This document shows positions 1-10,865 of a stretch of 64,000 nucleotides of DNA, piece by piece. Below the pieces are notes generated by a model. It ran no database searches. It saw only the letters and a program-made list of their open reading frames with translations, and had not been told where the DNA came from. Positions within the stretch are counted from its first letter, which is position 1; each line of letters begins with the position of its first letter. This DNA comes from Spirochaetota bacterium (GTDB lineage Bacteria; Spirochaetota; UBA4802; UBA5550), in contig CAXXHB010000003.1 in NCBI GenBank assembly GCA_963664815.2, positions 4,032,001 to 4,096,000 of the forward strand, written 5' to 3'. Made by a program: the position numbers and the translations under genes.

Positions 1-1516
1 GGGAGTTATAAACTTTCTCTTTGAAATAGTTAAATTTATCCAATTCACCTGCGTTGAGTTTATCCTGATTTATCCTGTTTATCCCCTTGTCAGCAATGAA
101 AAGAAACATTTCATGGTTTTGATCTCTCATCGCAGCCTGCATATTTTTCAGAATATCATCCTTTACATTCTCAGCAATTATAGTGGTCTCATCATTATTG
201 TCAATTTTTAACTCAGAGCTGATCATCCTTATTTTTTTTCTTTCCCACATAACAAGTGCAACAATGGATATGATAAACCCGGCCGATATCAGTATTATTA
301 TTAAATAATTGATTTTACCACCGGATGAAACTTCTGTTGAAAACTGCACCTCTCCTTTATTATCAGAATTCTTTTCCTTTTTTATTTCAAAAGAAAAGGG
401 CTCACTTTCGGCCTTTTCATATGTTTTCTTATATGGATTAAAATATTCAATATATATCCGCCCTGTATTTATTCTTCCTGTATCATTTTCAATTTGTGGA
501 ATAACTGTTATAAGAAAATTTTTCTCCCCTGTCAATCCATTACTATCGACAGAAAGAGTCTGTTCTTTTTCTTCAACTACAAATTTAATCCCATCTTCAT
601 TTTCAACAACCGGTTTAGACAGAGTAAGCAAATTTCCTCTACCGGACACTTTTACCGGAATCCTGATCTCCTCAAATAAACTGAACTTCCCTGCCGGTGG
701 GTGACTTTCAATTTTAAACTCGCCGACATCTCCGTTGAATTTATCAGGTTTTCCTGATACTGGAATAGGGATTACTTTTATTTTTTTCCGAGGGAAAAGA
801 ATCCTTTTCCTTCCGCTCATTGAAAAAAATCCCTGTGACATCTCCTCTACAACGTCAACTGAACCACCTCCTATTTCATGAACGCCTGCTTCGACCGGAA
901 CCAGACAGAATGACCCCACATAAGTTTTATCTGATTCATTCTTTTTTTCATCAAGAACTTTCATCACGAATCCCTTGACATGAGGCTGATCGCTGAATCC
1001 CTCAATTTGCGGCGGTTCTCCACCATTATCATAAATAAAATATCTCATTATAAAAGGTTCACCGGAATAAACTGTCTCTGCTGACAGCGCTACATCACCA
1101 CGAGTTATACCTCCACCATTGCCGGCTTTACCAGAGGATGGCTCCCTGACTATAAGAGTAACCTCACGTGAAACGACATTCTCTCCGTCTGCTTCAAGAA
1201 TAAACGGAGGAATTTTATATTCCCCTTTTTTTTCACCATAAATTGAAAAACTGAGAACCGTTCCTGACCATGTTTTCCCGTTTATAAACTGGAAGCTCCG
1301 CGATGAGCCTGAAAATGAGATTTGCAGACCATTGACTGCAGGGAATTTAACCGGTTTAACTTTTCCAGATTTTCCTGTTATCTTTATTTTTAAAGACGCT
1401 GATTCTCCTGCAGCAATCTTTGAGGGAGTCAATTCTGTTTCAATTTCAACAGCAAATAATCTGTTGCATATAAAGACAAAGAGAAGAACAAAAAGTATTC
1501 TACCAGAATTTTTCAA
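1..1516 (-). CDS. batD: BatD-family protein (3' end runs off window start; not in ORF track)
   Basis: Hand translation from TTG at 1516 gives MKNSGRILFVLLFVFICNRLFAVEIETELTPSKIAAGESASLKIKITG...SRSFQFING...GEYKIPPF: signal peptide and BatD-like beta domains, with a TM segment near 250-310. The same frame is open at the window start. Last gene of the bat operon; overlaps the stop of the TPR gene. Confidence 0.8.
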   Translation of the reverse strand, partial: MKNSGRILFVLLFVFICNRLFAVEIETELTPSKIAAGESASLKIKITGKSGKVKPVKFPAVNGLQISFSGSSRSFQFINGKTWSGTVLSFSIYGEKKGEYKIPPFILEADGENVVSREVTLIVREPSSGKAGNGGGITRGDVALSAETVYSGEPFIMRYFIYDNGGEPPQIEGFSDQPHVKGFVMKVLDEKKNESDKTYVGSFCLVPVEAGVHEIGGGSVDVVEEMSQGFFSMSGRKRILFPRKKIKVIPIPVSGKPDKFNGDVGEFKIESHPPAGKFSLFEEIRIPVKVSGRGNLLTLSKPVVENEDGIKFVVEEKEQTLSVDSNGLTGEKNFLITVIPQIENDTGRINTGRIYIEYFNPYKKTYEKAESEPFSFEIKKEKNSDNKGEVQFSTEVSSGGKINYLIIILISAGFIISIVALVMWERKKIRMISSELKIDNNDETTIIAENVKDDILKNMQAAMRDQNHEMFLFIADKGINRINQDKLNAGELDKFNYFKEKVYNS

Positions 1517-2147
1517 GATATCTTTTCCCATCACCTTTACCCTTCTGCTTTCTTACAGGTTTATTCTTCATTGACTCAAGCAGATTCCTGGTCTGAATGT
1601 TTTTCATTTTATTTTCGTTGTTCATAGTTTCATTATCTTGTTTGTCTTTCATGCTTTTATCTTTACTATTTCCCTTTTCTCCATCAGCACGGCTGCCATC
1701 ATTTTCATTCTGATCTTTTTTCTTCTGTTCTTTTAAAAGATACTCAAGGTTCTTTTTTGCCTTTTCGTAAGCTGGATCAATCTCAAGAGCTTTAATAAAA
1801 TTATCTGCAGCTTCCTTATATTTTTTCTGTTTAAGATAGGAGTTGCCGATGTTAAACAGCGCCTTTTTCTGTATATCGGGATTCTCAGATGAAATTGAGT
1901 TTTTAAATTTGTCAACAGCTATATCATAGTTGCCGGACTGATAATGTGCATCACCCTTATTGAAATCAAGCATAGCCTTACTTTTTTCATCAGGTAGATA
2001 TTTCTCAGCCATTTTATAATGTTCAAGAGCTTTATTTAGTTCTTTATTATTATAACTGTTGTTCCCTTTTTCAACCTCATCTTTGAAAGGATCAATCCAT
2101 GCTGAAAAAACAAAAACTGCAAATATTATAATAAATATTTTTTTCAT
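1500..2147 (-). CDS. TPR protein, BatC-like
   Basis: TPR motifs (FNKGDAHYQSGNY, FNIGNSYLKQKKY, AKKNLE), charged linker and C-terminal W; position between batB and batD. Confidence 0.8.
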   Translation of the reverse strand: MKKIFIIIFAVFVFSAWIDPFKDEVEKGNNSYNNKELNKALEHYKMAEKYLPDEKSKAMLDFNKGDAHYQSGNYDIAVDKFKNSISSENPDIQKKALFNIGNSYLKQKKYKEAADNFIKALEIDPAYEKAKKNLEYLLKEQKKKDQNENDGSRADGEKGNSKDKSMKDKQDNETMNNENKMKNIQTRNLLESMKNKPVRKQKGKGDGKRYLEKFW

Positions 2148-2156
2148 ATTGCCTAT

Positions 2157-3173
2157 TTATCCTTTATGCCAGTTTATGTTTTTTCTCTCAGGAATAACAA
2201 ATTCAGCAGAAAGCAGAAGAATAAGTACTACCATAAAAATATAGGTTCTGTCTATTTTCTCCTTAACCATTCTTGAACCATAATCTTTGTTTTCTCTTCC
2301 TGCAATCAGATTTAATATCCTTCCGAGACCAGAAAAGTTATCCGTTATATCAATATAGAATCCGCCGGTTTTGTCAGCAAGCTGCCTGAGCAAATCTTCA
2401 TTTTTCCCTGTTTTTATAAGAGAACCGCTGCTGTCCCTGTAGAAACTTTCAGCACCTTCACTTCCTTCGGCAGGGATAAAATCACCATTCTTACCTATTC
2501 CTGCCGCATAAACCGCAACCCCCATCTCTCTGAACTTTTCAACTTCAACCTCGACTCCACCTTCATGATCTTCTCCATCTGTTATTACAATAAGCATTCT
2601 TGATGTGAGCCTCTTTTTCTGATAGACCTTCCGAGCCTCCGCCAGCATTCTCCCTATATCTGTTCCCTGAACTCTTAACGAATCGGGACTCACTGAATCA
2701 AGAAACATCATGAAAGCACCAATGTCATTTGTAAGTGGACACTGAAGAAAAGAATCTCCGGCAAAAATTAAGAGTCCTATCCGGTCACCATCGAGAGACT
2801 GGGCAATCAGTCTTACGGCACTCTTTGCCTTTTCAAGCCGTGATGGATTAACATCCTTTGCCAGCATACTCATGCTGACGTCAAGAGCGATGAGAACATC
2901 TGTACCCTCGCTGGAAGTCTCTTTTACCCTGTCTCCCCATCCTGGCCCAAGCAGAACAATACATGAGACAATTACTGCAAGAAGAATTAACGCTTCTTTC
3001 ACTAACATTCTTGAGTAAAGTCCTGAAATAATTTTTTTTGCAGCATCTCTGCTTCCCGCTGCTGATACAACCGCCATTCTCCTCCATATTGAATAAAAAA
3101 TATGAAACGCGGTTACCGCACATCCGATAATAAAAATATATACTATGTAATTATAATTAGAAAATGCAATCAT
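2157..3173 (-). CDS. batB: VWA domain protein BatB
   Basis: MIDAS DVSMSM, 'PSRLEKAK', 'ITDGEDH'; N- and C-terminal TM segments. Confidence 0.85.
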   Translation of the reverse strand: MIAFSNYNYIVYIFIIGCAVTAFHIFYSIWRRMAVVSAAGSRDAAKKIISGLYSRMLVKEALILLAVIVSCIVLLGPGWGDRVKETSSEGTDVLIALDVSMSMLAKDVNPSRLEKAKSAVRLIAQSLDGDRIGLLIFAGDSFLQCPLTNDIGAFMMFLDSVSPDSLRVQGTDIGRMLAEARKVYQKKRLTSRMLIVITDGEDHEGGVEVEVEKFREMGVAVYAAGIGKNGDFIPAEGSEGAESFYRDSSGSLIKTGKNEDLLRQLADKTGGFYIDITDNFSGLGRILNLIAGRENKDYGSRMVKEKIDRTYIFMVVLILLLSAEFVIPERKNINWHKG

Positions 3174-4168
3174 GGCAGCTTCCTGTAATAAAGTGATCGA
3201 AGCAGTACCTCAATAAAAAAAAGGGTAATTCCGGTAATCAATATCCATCCCGATCTGTCATCAAATTCATGGTAGACCTTCAGGTCACTTACAGACTTTT
3301 CAAGCTTGTCTATCTGATCCATCGTTGCACTGAATACTCCGGTTGAATCAGCCCTGAAATATACCCCGCCAGTTGTTTCTGCAGTCTTCCTGAGTGATTC
3401 CTCATTGAAATGATTAAACAAATACTGCTTGGGAAACATCGGTCCTGCCGGATTCGGATACGGTACCTTTCCATCCTGCCCTATTCCAACAGTATAAATC
3501 TTTATATTAAGATCAGCACATGTTTTTGCAGCTGTTTCAGGGTCAATCTCACCACGGTTATTCATTCCGTCTGTAATAAGAAGTATCATCTTACCCTTTG
3601 CCTTACTCTCCATCATTCTCGATGCTGACAGTGCAAGTGCATCACCTATTGCTGTTCCATCCTCGCTAACGCTGTCAAAATCCAGATCGGCTATAATCTC
3701 ATTTATTATTTCATGATCGACTGTAAGTGGCGATTGAAGATACGCATCTCCTGCAAAAACTACAAGTCCAATACGATCATTTCTCCTTCTGCTGATGAAA
3801 TCTGAAACAACCTTTTTAGCCACCTCAAGTCTATTTTCCGGTTGAAAATCCTCACCTCTCATAGACCCCGAAAGATCAAGTGCAACAATAATATCTATTC
3901 CCTGATTTTTAATGCTTGTATAAGATATTTTTTTCCCTGGAGCTGCAAGAGCAATAATGAGGAAGAAGAGTGAGATAAATCTTATATACCCTACATAGGG
4001 ATATGATTTAGTTTTTAAATTCTCTCTCTTTTTAAGAACGTCCGTCGAGGAAACTGCTATAGCAGAATCCTTTCTTCCTGTTTCTTTGAAAATATAAAAA
4101 TATAAATAGATGAAAAACGGGATCAGAAACAGTAGAAAAAAAGGGTATTTAAAGCCTAACTGTTCCAT
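3170..4168 (-). CDS. batA: VWA domain protein BatA
   Basis: MIDAS DLSGSM, 'PENRLEVAK', 'GTAIGDAL', 'ITDGMNNRG'. Confidence 0.88.
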   Translation of the reverse strand: MEQLGFKYPFFLLFLIPFFIYLYFYIFKETGRKDSAIAVSSTDVLKKRENLKTKSYPYVGYIRFISLFFLIIALAAPGKKISYTSIKNQGIDIIVALDLSGSMRGEDFQPENRLEVAKKVVSDFISRRRNDRIGLVVFAGDAYLQSPLTVDHEIINEIIADLDFDSVSEDGTAIGDALALSASRMMESKAKGKMILLITDGMNNRGEIDPETAAKTCADLNIKIYTVGIGQDGKVPYPNPAGPMFPKQYLFNHFNEESLRKTAETTGGVYFRADSTGVFSATMDQIDKLEKSVSDLKVYHEFDDRSGWILITGITLFFIEVLLRSLYYRKLP

Positions 4169-5204
4169 TATTCACCCTTTCATTTTCCAAAAGTATTCCC
4201 TGCTCAGAAATTCCGGATATTTTTTTTGCAACTGAAATTGTGGCATCCAGATTTTCCAGTAGCAGCTCAGCAGAAGGAGTAAATTCCGCGAATTTGGAAA
4301 AATCCCAAAGTCTCATATTGCTTATAATCTCCTCACCATAAATTGAATAGAGTTCTCCCGGCATATTCGTTTTTATACATGAAGCAATCTCAACTGTCGT
4401 CATCTCTGCAGCATCAAAATTCAGCATCATCGAAAGATAGCGCCTGAATATAATTGATATATCAAAAACATATTCGTTGATCTTCCCTTTTTTAATTAAT
4501 TCTCTCAGCTTCAGTGATTCAACTTCATTAAGAAAAACTTCAATTGGAGGGAGAGAAAGTTCTTCAACTTTGACAGGTCTTTTTCTCTTTTTTAGATAGA
4601 TAATAATCGCAGCTAGTACAGCCCCGATAAGTACGACTGCCACAATAATCCAAATAATCCTTGTATAATTTCCGGATAGTGACACAGGAGGCTCAATCTC
4701 TTCAAGAGCACCATCCCTGTTGACCTCTTCAATTGTAATCGTTGGTATCCTGTAACCGACAGCTATTCCGTCACTTCCGGCAACTTTAATTTCAGGAAGA
4801 ATATAGTTCCCCGGTCTGTAATAACTGATTATTATTTTAACTGTAATCTGTTTACTCCCGTTTATGTCTGTCTCTTCACGGGATGCGTTATTTATAATAT
4901 ATAAAGGAACATATTCCCCCGATGATTTCTCTTTTTCACCGGAGACATTTTTATTGTTATTCTTTTTTTCTTTTTTATCATCCTCTTTTACAGGATAAAC
5001 AATCTTCTTGTCAGGGAGGGTAATCTTCAAAGTATCGGGCTTAATACCATTAATATTAAGAGTATATATAAGAGGCTGGCCAACAGTCCCCTTCTCAGGA
5101 GTAACCAGGGCATTAAGTGAAGGACCAGAGGCATATAAATATTTTCCGGTAAAGCTTATCAGTAAAATATAAAGAACAGTAATTATAATTTTATTTCTTT
5201 TCAT
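4149..5204 (-). CDS. Bat-operon membrane-anchored hypothetical protein
   Basis: Signal peptide, beta-rich domain, one TM helix, 'AEMTT.E' and 'KFA' motifs typical of the gene between DUF58 and batA. Confidence 0.7.
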   Translation of the reverse strand: MKRNKIIITVLYILLISFTGKYLYASGPSLNALVTPEKGTVGQPLIYTLNINGIKPDTLKITLPDKKIVYPVKEDDKKEKKNNNKNVSGEKEKSSGEYVPLYIINNASREETDINGSKQITVKIIISYYRPGNYILPEIKVAGSDGIAVGYRIPTITIEEVNRDGALEEIEPPVSLSGNYTRIIWIIVAVVLIGAVLAAIIIYLKKRKRPVKVEELSLPPIEVFLNEVESLKLRELIKKGKINEYVFDISIIFRRYLSMMLNFDAAEMTTVEIASCIKTNMPGELYSIYGEEIISNMRLWDFSKFAEFTPSAELLLENLDATISVAKKISGISEQGILLENERVNNGTVRL

Positions 5205-5216
5205 AACGGCGGAATA

Positions 5217-6044
5217 TCAGCTGGCTTTTATTCTTTTGGAAAAAAACTTTAATACAGGAATTTCTATCAGCTCGTCTGTCTTTAACTTAATCGTATTAAA
5301 CTCGCCTGTATCGGGAAAGTTAAGCTTCACAGGAATCGAGTCAGACAAAAATGTTTTCCCTGATTCAAGATCTAAATACTCTGTAAGTCCAAAAAACTTC
5401 ATACCATACTCTACCGGATCATAAACCTGTACCGGAATAACATCATGTTTCTTTGACATAAGACGCAGCTTTGGCAGGTAGTCACCAGTTGTATCAACAA
5501 AATCTGAAATTACAAAAACAACACTGCGCTTCTTCATAACACGTTGCATAAAAACAGCTGCCGCTGAAATATTCGTTTTTCTGCTTTGTGGTCTGCATTT
5601 TATCACTTCGTCGAGTACTTTAAGAACATACTTTTTACCTTTACCAGGGCGTATAAATTTTTCAACCCTGTCTGAAAACAGTATCACCGAAACACGATCA
5701 TTATTCATATTAGCAAGATAAAGCATCATAGCAAGAAATTCGAGTATTACTTCTTTCTTCTTCCTGTTAATACCGAAATCTGTAGAACCTGAAATATCTA
5801 CCATAAACACCAGGGAAAGCTCTCTCTCTTCAATATACTCTTTTATGAAAAGATGATTCATCCTTGCAGAAACATTCCAATCTATGCGGCGCACATCATC
5901 ACCGGGAGTATATTCCCTAACTGAATCAAAAGAAAGGCCATATCCACGGAATGCAGATCTATATTCTCCGGAAAACATTGTATTAATTTTTTTACCGGTT
6001 TCAATCCTTATCTTTTTAAGAAGGGCAACCTCTCGTGAGTCCAA
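5217..6044 (-). CDS. DUF58 protein
   Basis: 'FDSVREYTPGDDVRRIDWNVSAR', 'EERE', 'VDISGS'; follows moxR. Confidence 0.9.
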   Translation of the reverse strand: MDSREVALLKKIRIETGKKINTMFSGEYRSAFRGYGLSFDSVREYTPGDDVRRIDWNVSARMNHLFIKEYIEERELSLVFMVDISGSTDFGINRKKKEVILEFLAMMLYLANMNNDRVSVILFSDRVEKFIRPGKGKKYVLKVLDEVIKCRPQSRKTNISAAAVFMQRVMKKRSVVFVISDFVDTTGDYLPKLRLMSKKHDVIPVQVYDPVEYGMKFFGLTEYLDLESGKTFLSDSIPVKLNFPDTGEFNTIKLKTDELIEIPVLKFFSKRIKAS

Positions 6045-7049
6045 TCAGGGAACCTCCACCGAATCAAAAACAAGCTTCACAATATCATCGGCGTTTTTGC
6101 CGTCAGCTTCCGCCTCATATGAAAGAATTATTCTATGCCTCAGAACATCGGCGCCTATTTCCTTTATATCATCCGGGGTAACAAAACCGCGACCCCGAAT
6201 AAAAGCCATGCATCTTGAAGCTTTCATGAGAGATATCGAAGCTCTGGGGCTTGCACCAAAATCAATATATTTTTTTACTTCTTTACGTGAAGGATTTCTG
6301 GTCTCTGAAACTACAGAGACTATATATTTTAAAAGTTTATCGTTGATATATATACTCTCGACAAGTTCATTCTTCGCTTTTATCTCAACCGGAGAAATAA
6401 TTTTTCGTATCCGATCGGCGCTGATATCCTTGAATCTGCGAAGTATTTCTATCTCATCCTCCTGAGAAGGATATCCTACAAGCACTTTCATAAAGAATCT
6501 GTCCAGTTGCGCCTCAGGAAGAGGATATGTACCCTCCTGTTCTATAGGATTTTCTGTAGCAAGTACCATAAACGGTTCTGGAAGCTGAAACGTTGTACTG
6601 CCTATTGTTACCTGCTTCTCTTCCATTGCCTGAAGAAGAGCTGACTGTACCTTGGCAGGTGCCCTGTTAATTTCATCGGCAAGAAGAATGTTCGTAAACA
6701 AAGGTCCTTTTCTTGTAAAGAAATCAAGTTCCCTGGGATTGTAAATCTGTGTTCCGGTGAGATCAGCCGGAAGAAGATCTGGAGTAAACTGGATACGCAT
6801 AAAATCCGTGTCAATGGCTCTTGCGAAAGCTCTTACTGCCAGTGTCTTTGCAAGACCGGGAAGCCCCTCAAGGAGTATGTGGCCACCAACCATAAAAGAT
6901 ATAATAATACGCTCAACAAGCTTCTCCTGCCCGATAATGGCAGATGATATTTCGTTTCTGATATCATTTACAAATGCATTCTCACTTTTTACCTGTTGTG
7001 TGAGCTTTTCAATTTCTGTAAAATCCATATATTGCTCCGGAGTAACCAT
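6045..7049 (-). CDS. moxR: MoxR-family AAA+ ATPase
   Basis: Walker A GLPGLAKT, 'RIQFTPDLLPAD', 'LADEINRAPAKVQSALL', 'GTYPLPEAQLDRF', 'GASPR'. Confidence 0.95.
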   Translation of the reverse strand: MVTPEQYMDFTEIEKLTQQVKSENAFVNDIRNEISSAIIGQEKLVERIIISFMVGGHILLEGLPGLAKTLAVRAFARAIDTDFMRIQFTPDLLPADLTGTQIYNPRELDFFTRKGPLFTNILLADEINRAPAKVQSALLQAMEEKQVTIGSTTFQLPEPFMVLATENPIEQEGTYPLPEAQLDRFFMKVLVGYPSQEDEIEILRRFKDISADRIRKIISPVEIKAKNELVESIYINDKLLKYIVSVVSETRNPSRKEVKKYIDFGASPRASISLMKASRCMAFIRGRGFVTPDDIKEIGADVLRHRIILSYEAEADGKNADDIVKLVFDSVEVP

Positions 7050-7339
7050 AAATATTTATAATAATATTCTAATTTCTTTGTTGAAATTAAAATTTATAAT
7101 CCCTTTTGTGATTCCTTTCATAAACCTCAGCATGCTTAATCTTAACTCATCTATAAATATTATTTTATTCCAAAAGGAATTTTTAAAATTATATATATTC
7201 ATTTCACATATATCAATAAATAACAAATAAAAATCCCACTCACAAGTAACCGTTGGGAATAAATTCCTCTAAATAGTTCTCAGCTTAATGTTTTCTCTGA
7301 TAAACTTATTTGTTTCATGTTACAAAGTTTTAAAAAAAA

Positions 7340-8431
7340 TTACCTGCTAACAGGAAGAGACAGAAGACTTAATGGATCAACATACACCCCGCGAATATAT
7401 AAAGAAACATGAAGATGTGGTCCAGTAGCAATACCTGTAGCTCCAACTCCACCTATAACTTCACCAGCTCTGACCTTCTCACCCTCCTTTACTTTTATTG
7501 AATTGAGATGCTGGTAATATGAAAAAACTTTGTTACCATGATCTATAATGATCATATTCCCTTCATAAAACATTGAATGCGACAACACAATAATTCCGTC
7601 AGCTATTGCAAAAACCGGTGCACCTATTCCGCCCTTAAGATCAACCCCTTTATGAAAATTTTTCTTACCCTCAATCGCAACTCTCTTTTTATTTTTTCTG
7701 TTATAATTTAGATAAATTCTCTTTCGCCAGAAATCACCAGTAATTTTATACATATCACGGGGATACGCAAGTACACTTTGCATACTATCTTCAGATACAG
7801 AATTAAATGCTTTTTTACGCAAAGTGGAGCACTCCGCTATGAAATTTCTGAATTTTGGACTAGAAGTATAATCTTTATTTGAAAACTTTCCTACATCAAG
7901 CATGCTTTTAGAAACAGGATATTTAACATCCTTGATCATAATCTCTGAAGATAAATTCTGATCCTTACCATTAATTCTGTAACGGATTAAAACTGGAGCG
8001 TTTCCCGGTTTCTCCTCCGGATCAATACCCCATAGTCCTCTGAATCCCCAGGAAGTACCGGTTAAAGGAACATTTTTGTCTTTATAAAAAAAAGCTAAAT
8101 CTGAGACTAATGACCCTCCCTGCTTTTCGATTTCAACATAAACAGCGTTACCCTGTGCAAAATTTTTTGCATAAAGGATTACTCTGATATAATCATTGTT
8201 AAAATTTAAAATCTCCGGTTTTACCAATTTGAAATCTGACGGTTTTATAAGAGTTGAATATCTATTTTTACCGGAACACTTTAATTCAGAATAATTCTTA
8301 ACAACCTCCATATTTTGTGATAAAGCAATAGTTCCCTCAGAATATAAATTCTTTCTATCAGTCGAACTACATTCAGTAATAAACATTAATAAAAATAAAA
8401 CAACAAAAATAGCTATATATTTATTTCTCAA
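7340..8431 (-). CDS. M23-family metallopeptidase, probable lipoprotein
   Basis: HxxxD (HKGVD) and HxH (GPHLH). Probable TTG start at 8431 after GGGGTG (ORF track starts at 8506); hydrophobic leader ending ITEC. Confidence 0.85.
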   Translation of the reverse strand: MRNKYIAIFVVLFLLMFITECSSTDRKNLYSEGTIALSQNMEVVKNYSELKCSGKNRYSTLIKPSDFKLVKPEILNFNNDYIRVILYAKNFAQGNAVYVEIEKQGGSLVSDLAFFYKDKNVPLTGTSWGFRGLWGIDPEEKPGNAPVLIRYRINGKDQNLSSEIMIKDVKYPVSKSMLDVGKFSNKDYTSSPKFRNFIAECSTLRKKAFNSVSEDSMQSVLAYPRDMYKITGDFWRKRIYLNYNRKNKKRVAIEGKKNFHKGVDLKGGIGAPVFAIADGIIVLSHSMFYEGNMIIIDHGNKVFSYYQHLNSIKVKEGEKVRAGEVIGGVGATGIATGPHLHVSLYIRGVYVDPLSLLSLPVSR

Positions 8432-8722
8432 AAAAACACCCCATAAATTTATTGTTTCTTTTACATAAATGATTATTATATTGTTTACTATATTGTTCGT
8501 ACACATATGAAGAATACATTTTTCTCTCTTTACTGTGTCTAAACAACGGGGAATATTAAATATTAAGCATTATAATTCATTGATAGAGACCCTGTCAGTA
8601 ATGTAATATATATCTTTTAAACCTGTAGCCCATCGTGGAGGACATTTCACAATGGACTTTTGTATATATTTATTCATCTATATTACAACGCAAATAAATT
8701 TCATAAATACATAAAGAAAAAA

Positions 8723-9715
8723 ATGAAAAGTATACAGTTATTCAGTGAATCAGAGGAAATAATAGTTACAGAAATAAATAAGCTGCTGTTACATTCAGGT
8801 GATATTGTAGATTCAATTGTAATTTCCGACACCCTGTTCTCACTTCAGAAGCTTGCAGAATCAATTTCCTATTATCCATCACTCCTCGACCGGCAGATTT
8901 TAGGAAAACACAACCGCACACTTGAAACGCTTGTGGAGAACCTGTGCTCTCATTCAGGTCTCAATCTTCTTCTTAATACTCCTACTAAGGCAATACTTGG
9001 GAGAGGGTTCACAATAGCAAAAATGAATTTTTTTATTCTTGTTTCATATATCTGCTCTGATTACTTTAACCTGTGCTCCGACGGGGATAATTTAAAAAAA
9101 ATAATAGCCCTCAATGTTTTCTCTATAATGGCGGAAGAGGTTTTTATTTCAATTGTTTCTGACGACTCCCTTGATATTGGTTTACGGACAAAAGCCGGGT
9201 TTCTCCTGGTAACGGTTTGGGAACAGCGAATTTACATGGGGATAGAAAAACTCGAACCAATTCTTACCGATTTATGGATATCCAGGCAATCATTCTCTCC
9301 CGCATTCGGAACTATGCAGGGAATAGCAGAAATCACAGCGTTCTGTTCAGGTGGAAATTCTATTTTGCTTGATTTTCTTGAAGACAGCGATTTTAACATT
9401 GATACCCTTGATGCCATGAAAGAATATTTAATGGGGTTGTCATATGAAGAATTGATAAAAATTGAAGAATATATGCTGTCAAAATCAATACCTTCACTTC
9501 AATTTTCAGATGTGGAAAAGGTACTGGAGTTATCAAAGTCATATCCTATGTTTGATTATCATGACCCTCGCGAAATGTATCACTTTTATATGAGAAGAAA
9601 AAACAATGCTATATTCAGAAAAAAAAACGGAATGAAAGGACCCAAAAGAACTATTGAAGAATATCTGATCTGCTACATGCTTAAAAATAAAATAATAGAA
9701 AATAATAATGATTAA
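8723..9715 (+). CDS. Hypothetical protein
   Basis: Long ORF (track 8660..9715); ATG at 8723 more likely; no recognised motif. Confidence 0.7.
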   Translation: MKSIQLFSESEEIIVTEINKLLLHSGDIVDSIVISDTLFSLQKLAESISYYPSLLDRQILGKHNRTLETLVENLCSHSGLNLLLNTPTKAILGRGFTIAKMNFFILVSYICSDYFNLCSDGDNLKKIIALNVFSIMAEEVFISIVSDDSLDIGLRTKAGFLLVTVWEQRIYMGIEKLEPILTDLWISRQSFSPAFGTMQGIAEITAFCSGGNSILLDFLEDSDFNIDTLDAMKEYLMGLSYEELIKIEEYMLSKSIPSLQFSDVEKVLELSKSYPMFDYHDPREMYHFYMRRKNNAIFRKKNGMKGPKRTIEEYLICYMLKNKIIENNND

Positions 9716-9829
9716 AAAGTATCTGCCATTTCAGTCCTTGCACCCTTTTACTGAGTTTATTCCAAAAGAAAAAGATCCTGCAGATAAACCTAAAAGGAGC
9801 AAAGAATGAATGACATGTTATATTTATAA

Positions 9830-10564
9830 TTATTTCTGTTCGGCTTTTCCCTCTTCTCCCAATTCTTTATTTAGCTGTTCAAGGTTTTTTGTTGCCTCAT
9901 CAAGCGCTTTTTTCATCTGTTCCTGATCTTCCATTGGAATGTTTTTCATCATTTGGTCAGGGATTGTACTTGCAGCTTTCATGCAGAGGAGACCACTTAT
10001 AATCATAAGTACAGGAATTACAGCTAAAATAATAGATATAACCTTTGCAGGGCCTTCTTTACCGGCAAGAGCTTTAATAATAGCATTGTACAAGAGCCAG
10101 ATTCCATACAGAGATACAGCCATACTCGCTATTCCTCCAAACCAGAGACTGAAACCGTTTAAAAATCCTAAAAAAGCACTTATAGGAGAAATGGCCATTA
10201 ATGACGAAGTAACCCTTACATTAGCTTCATAATCAGTGTTTCCTCCGCATATTGCACTTATAACAAGAATAATTGCACCGCCAATGAAAAGGCCTATTAT
10301 TGAACCGATAACAGACATTACGACGCCCATTACACCAACACCACCCCCAATCATTCCACCAAAAATTCCACCGACACCACCGAGAGAGAGTACTCCCCAT
10401 AATAAATTTATAAGAGCCGCCAGAAAGCCATAAATAACTGCTTTAATCAGCGGTTCTGCTAATCCGCCACTTTTTGACATAACTGAAAAATATTCGGCCG
10501 GAGTTAATAAAGTTGCCTTTGTTTCATCCAGAAATTTTTTAAAATCGAATGCGACTTCAGCCAT
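9830..10564 (-). CDS. YIP1-family membrane protein
   Basis: 'LLTPAEYFS' N-terminus, about 5 TM helices, strong RBS (GAGGAGG). Confidence 0.75.
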   Translation of the reverse strand: MAEVAFDFKKFLDETKATLLTPAEYFSVMSKSGGLAEPLIKAVIYGFLAALINLLWGVLSLGGVGGIFGGMIGGGVGVMGVVMSVIGSIIGLFIGGAIILVISAICGGNTDYEANVRVTSSLMAISPISAFLGFLNGFSLWFGGIASMAVSLYGIWLLYNAIIKALAGKEGPAKVISIILAVIPVLMIISGLLCMKAASTIPDQMMKNIPMEDQEQMKKALDEATKNLEQLNKELGEEGKAEQK

Positions 10565-10865
10565 AAAGTCCTCCTCTTTAATTTATATATTTATTATACT
10601 GCATGATATTCACAATTCAAGCATTATTCTTTTTAAATTTCAAGTAATTTGCTATAACATAAAAATTATATATTTAATTTAAATTATTCATATTTTCTCC
10701 GCTAAACCGGCAAACACCAGTTTTTTCTTAATTTGGTTAATCGAAGATTGTATCTGATTCAAAGAACTTTTATCATATATTAATATAAATAAAAAATTAT
10801 CCTGATTGACTAAAAATATCATGGATATTAGAAGAATACGAAATATCTATGAGACATAATTTATC

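Noticed and set aside
1-7049. Bat/MoxR operon as a novel system
   Set aside because: Already described in Bacteroides and Leptospira, and the gene order here is the usual one.
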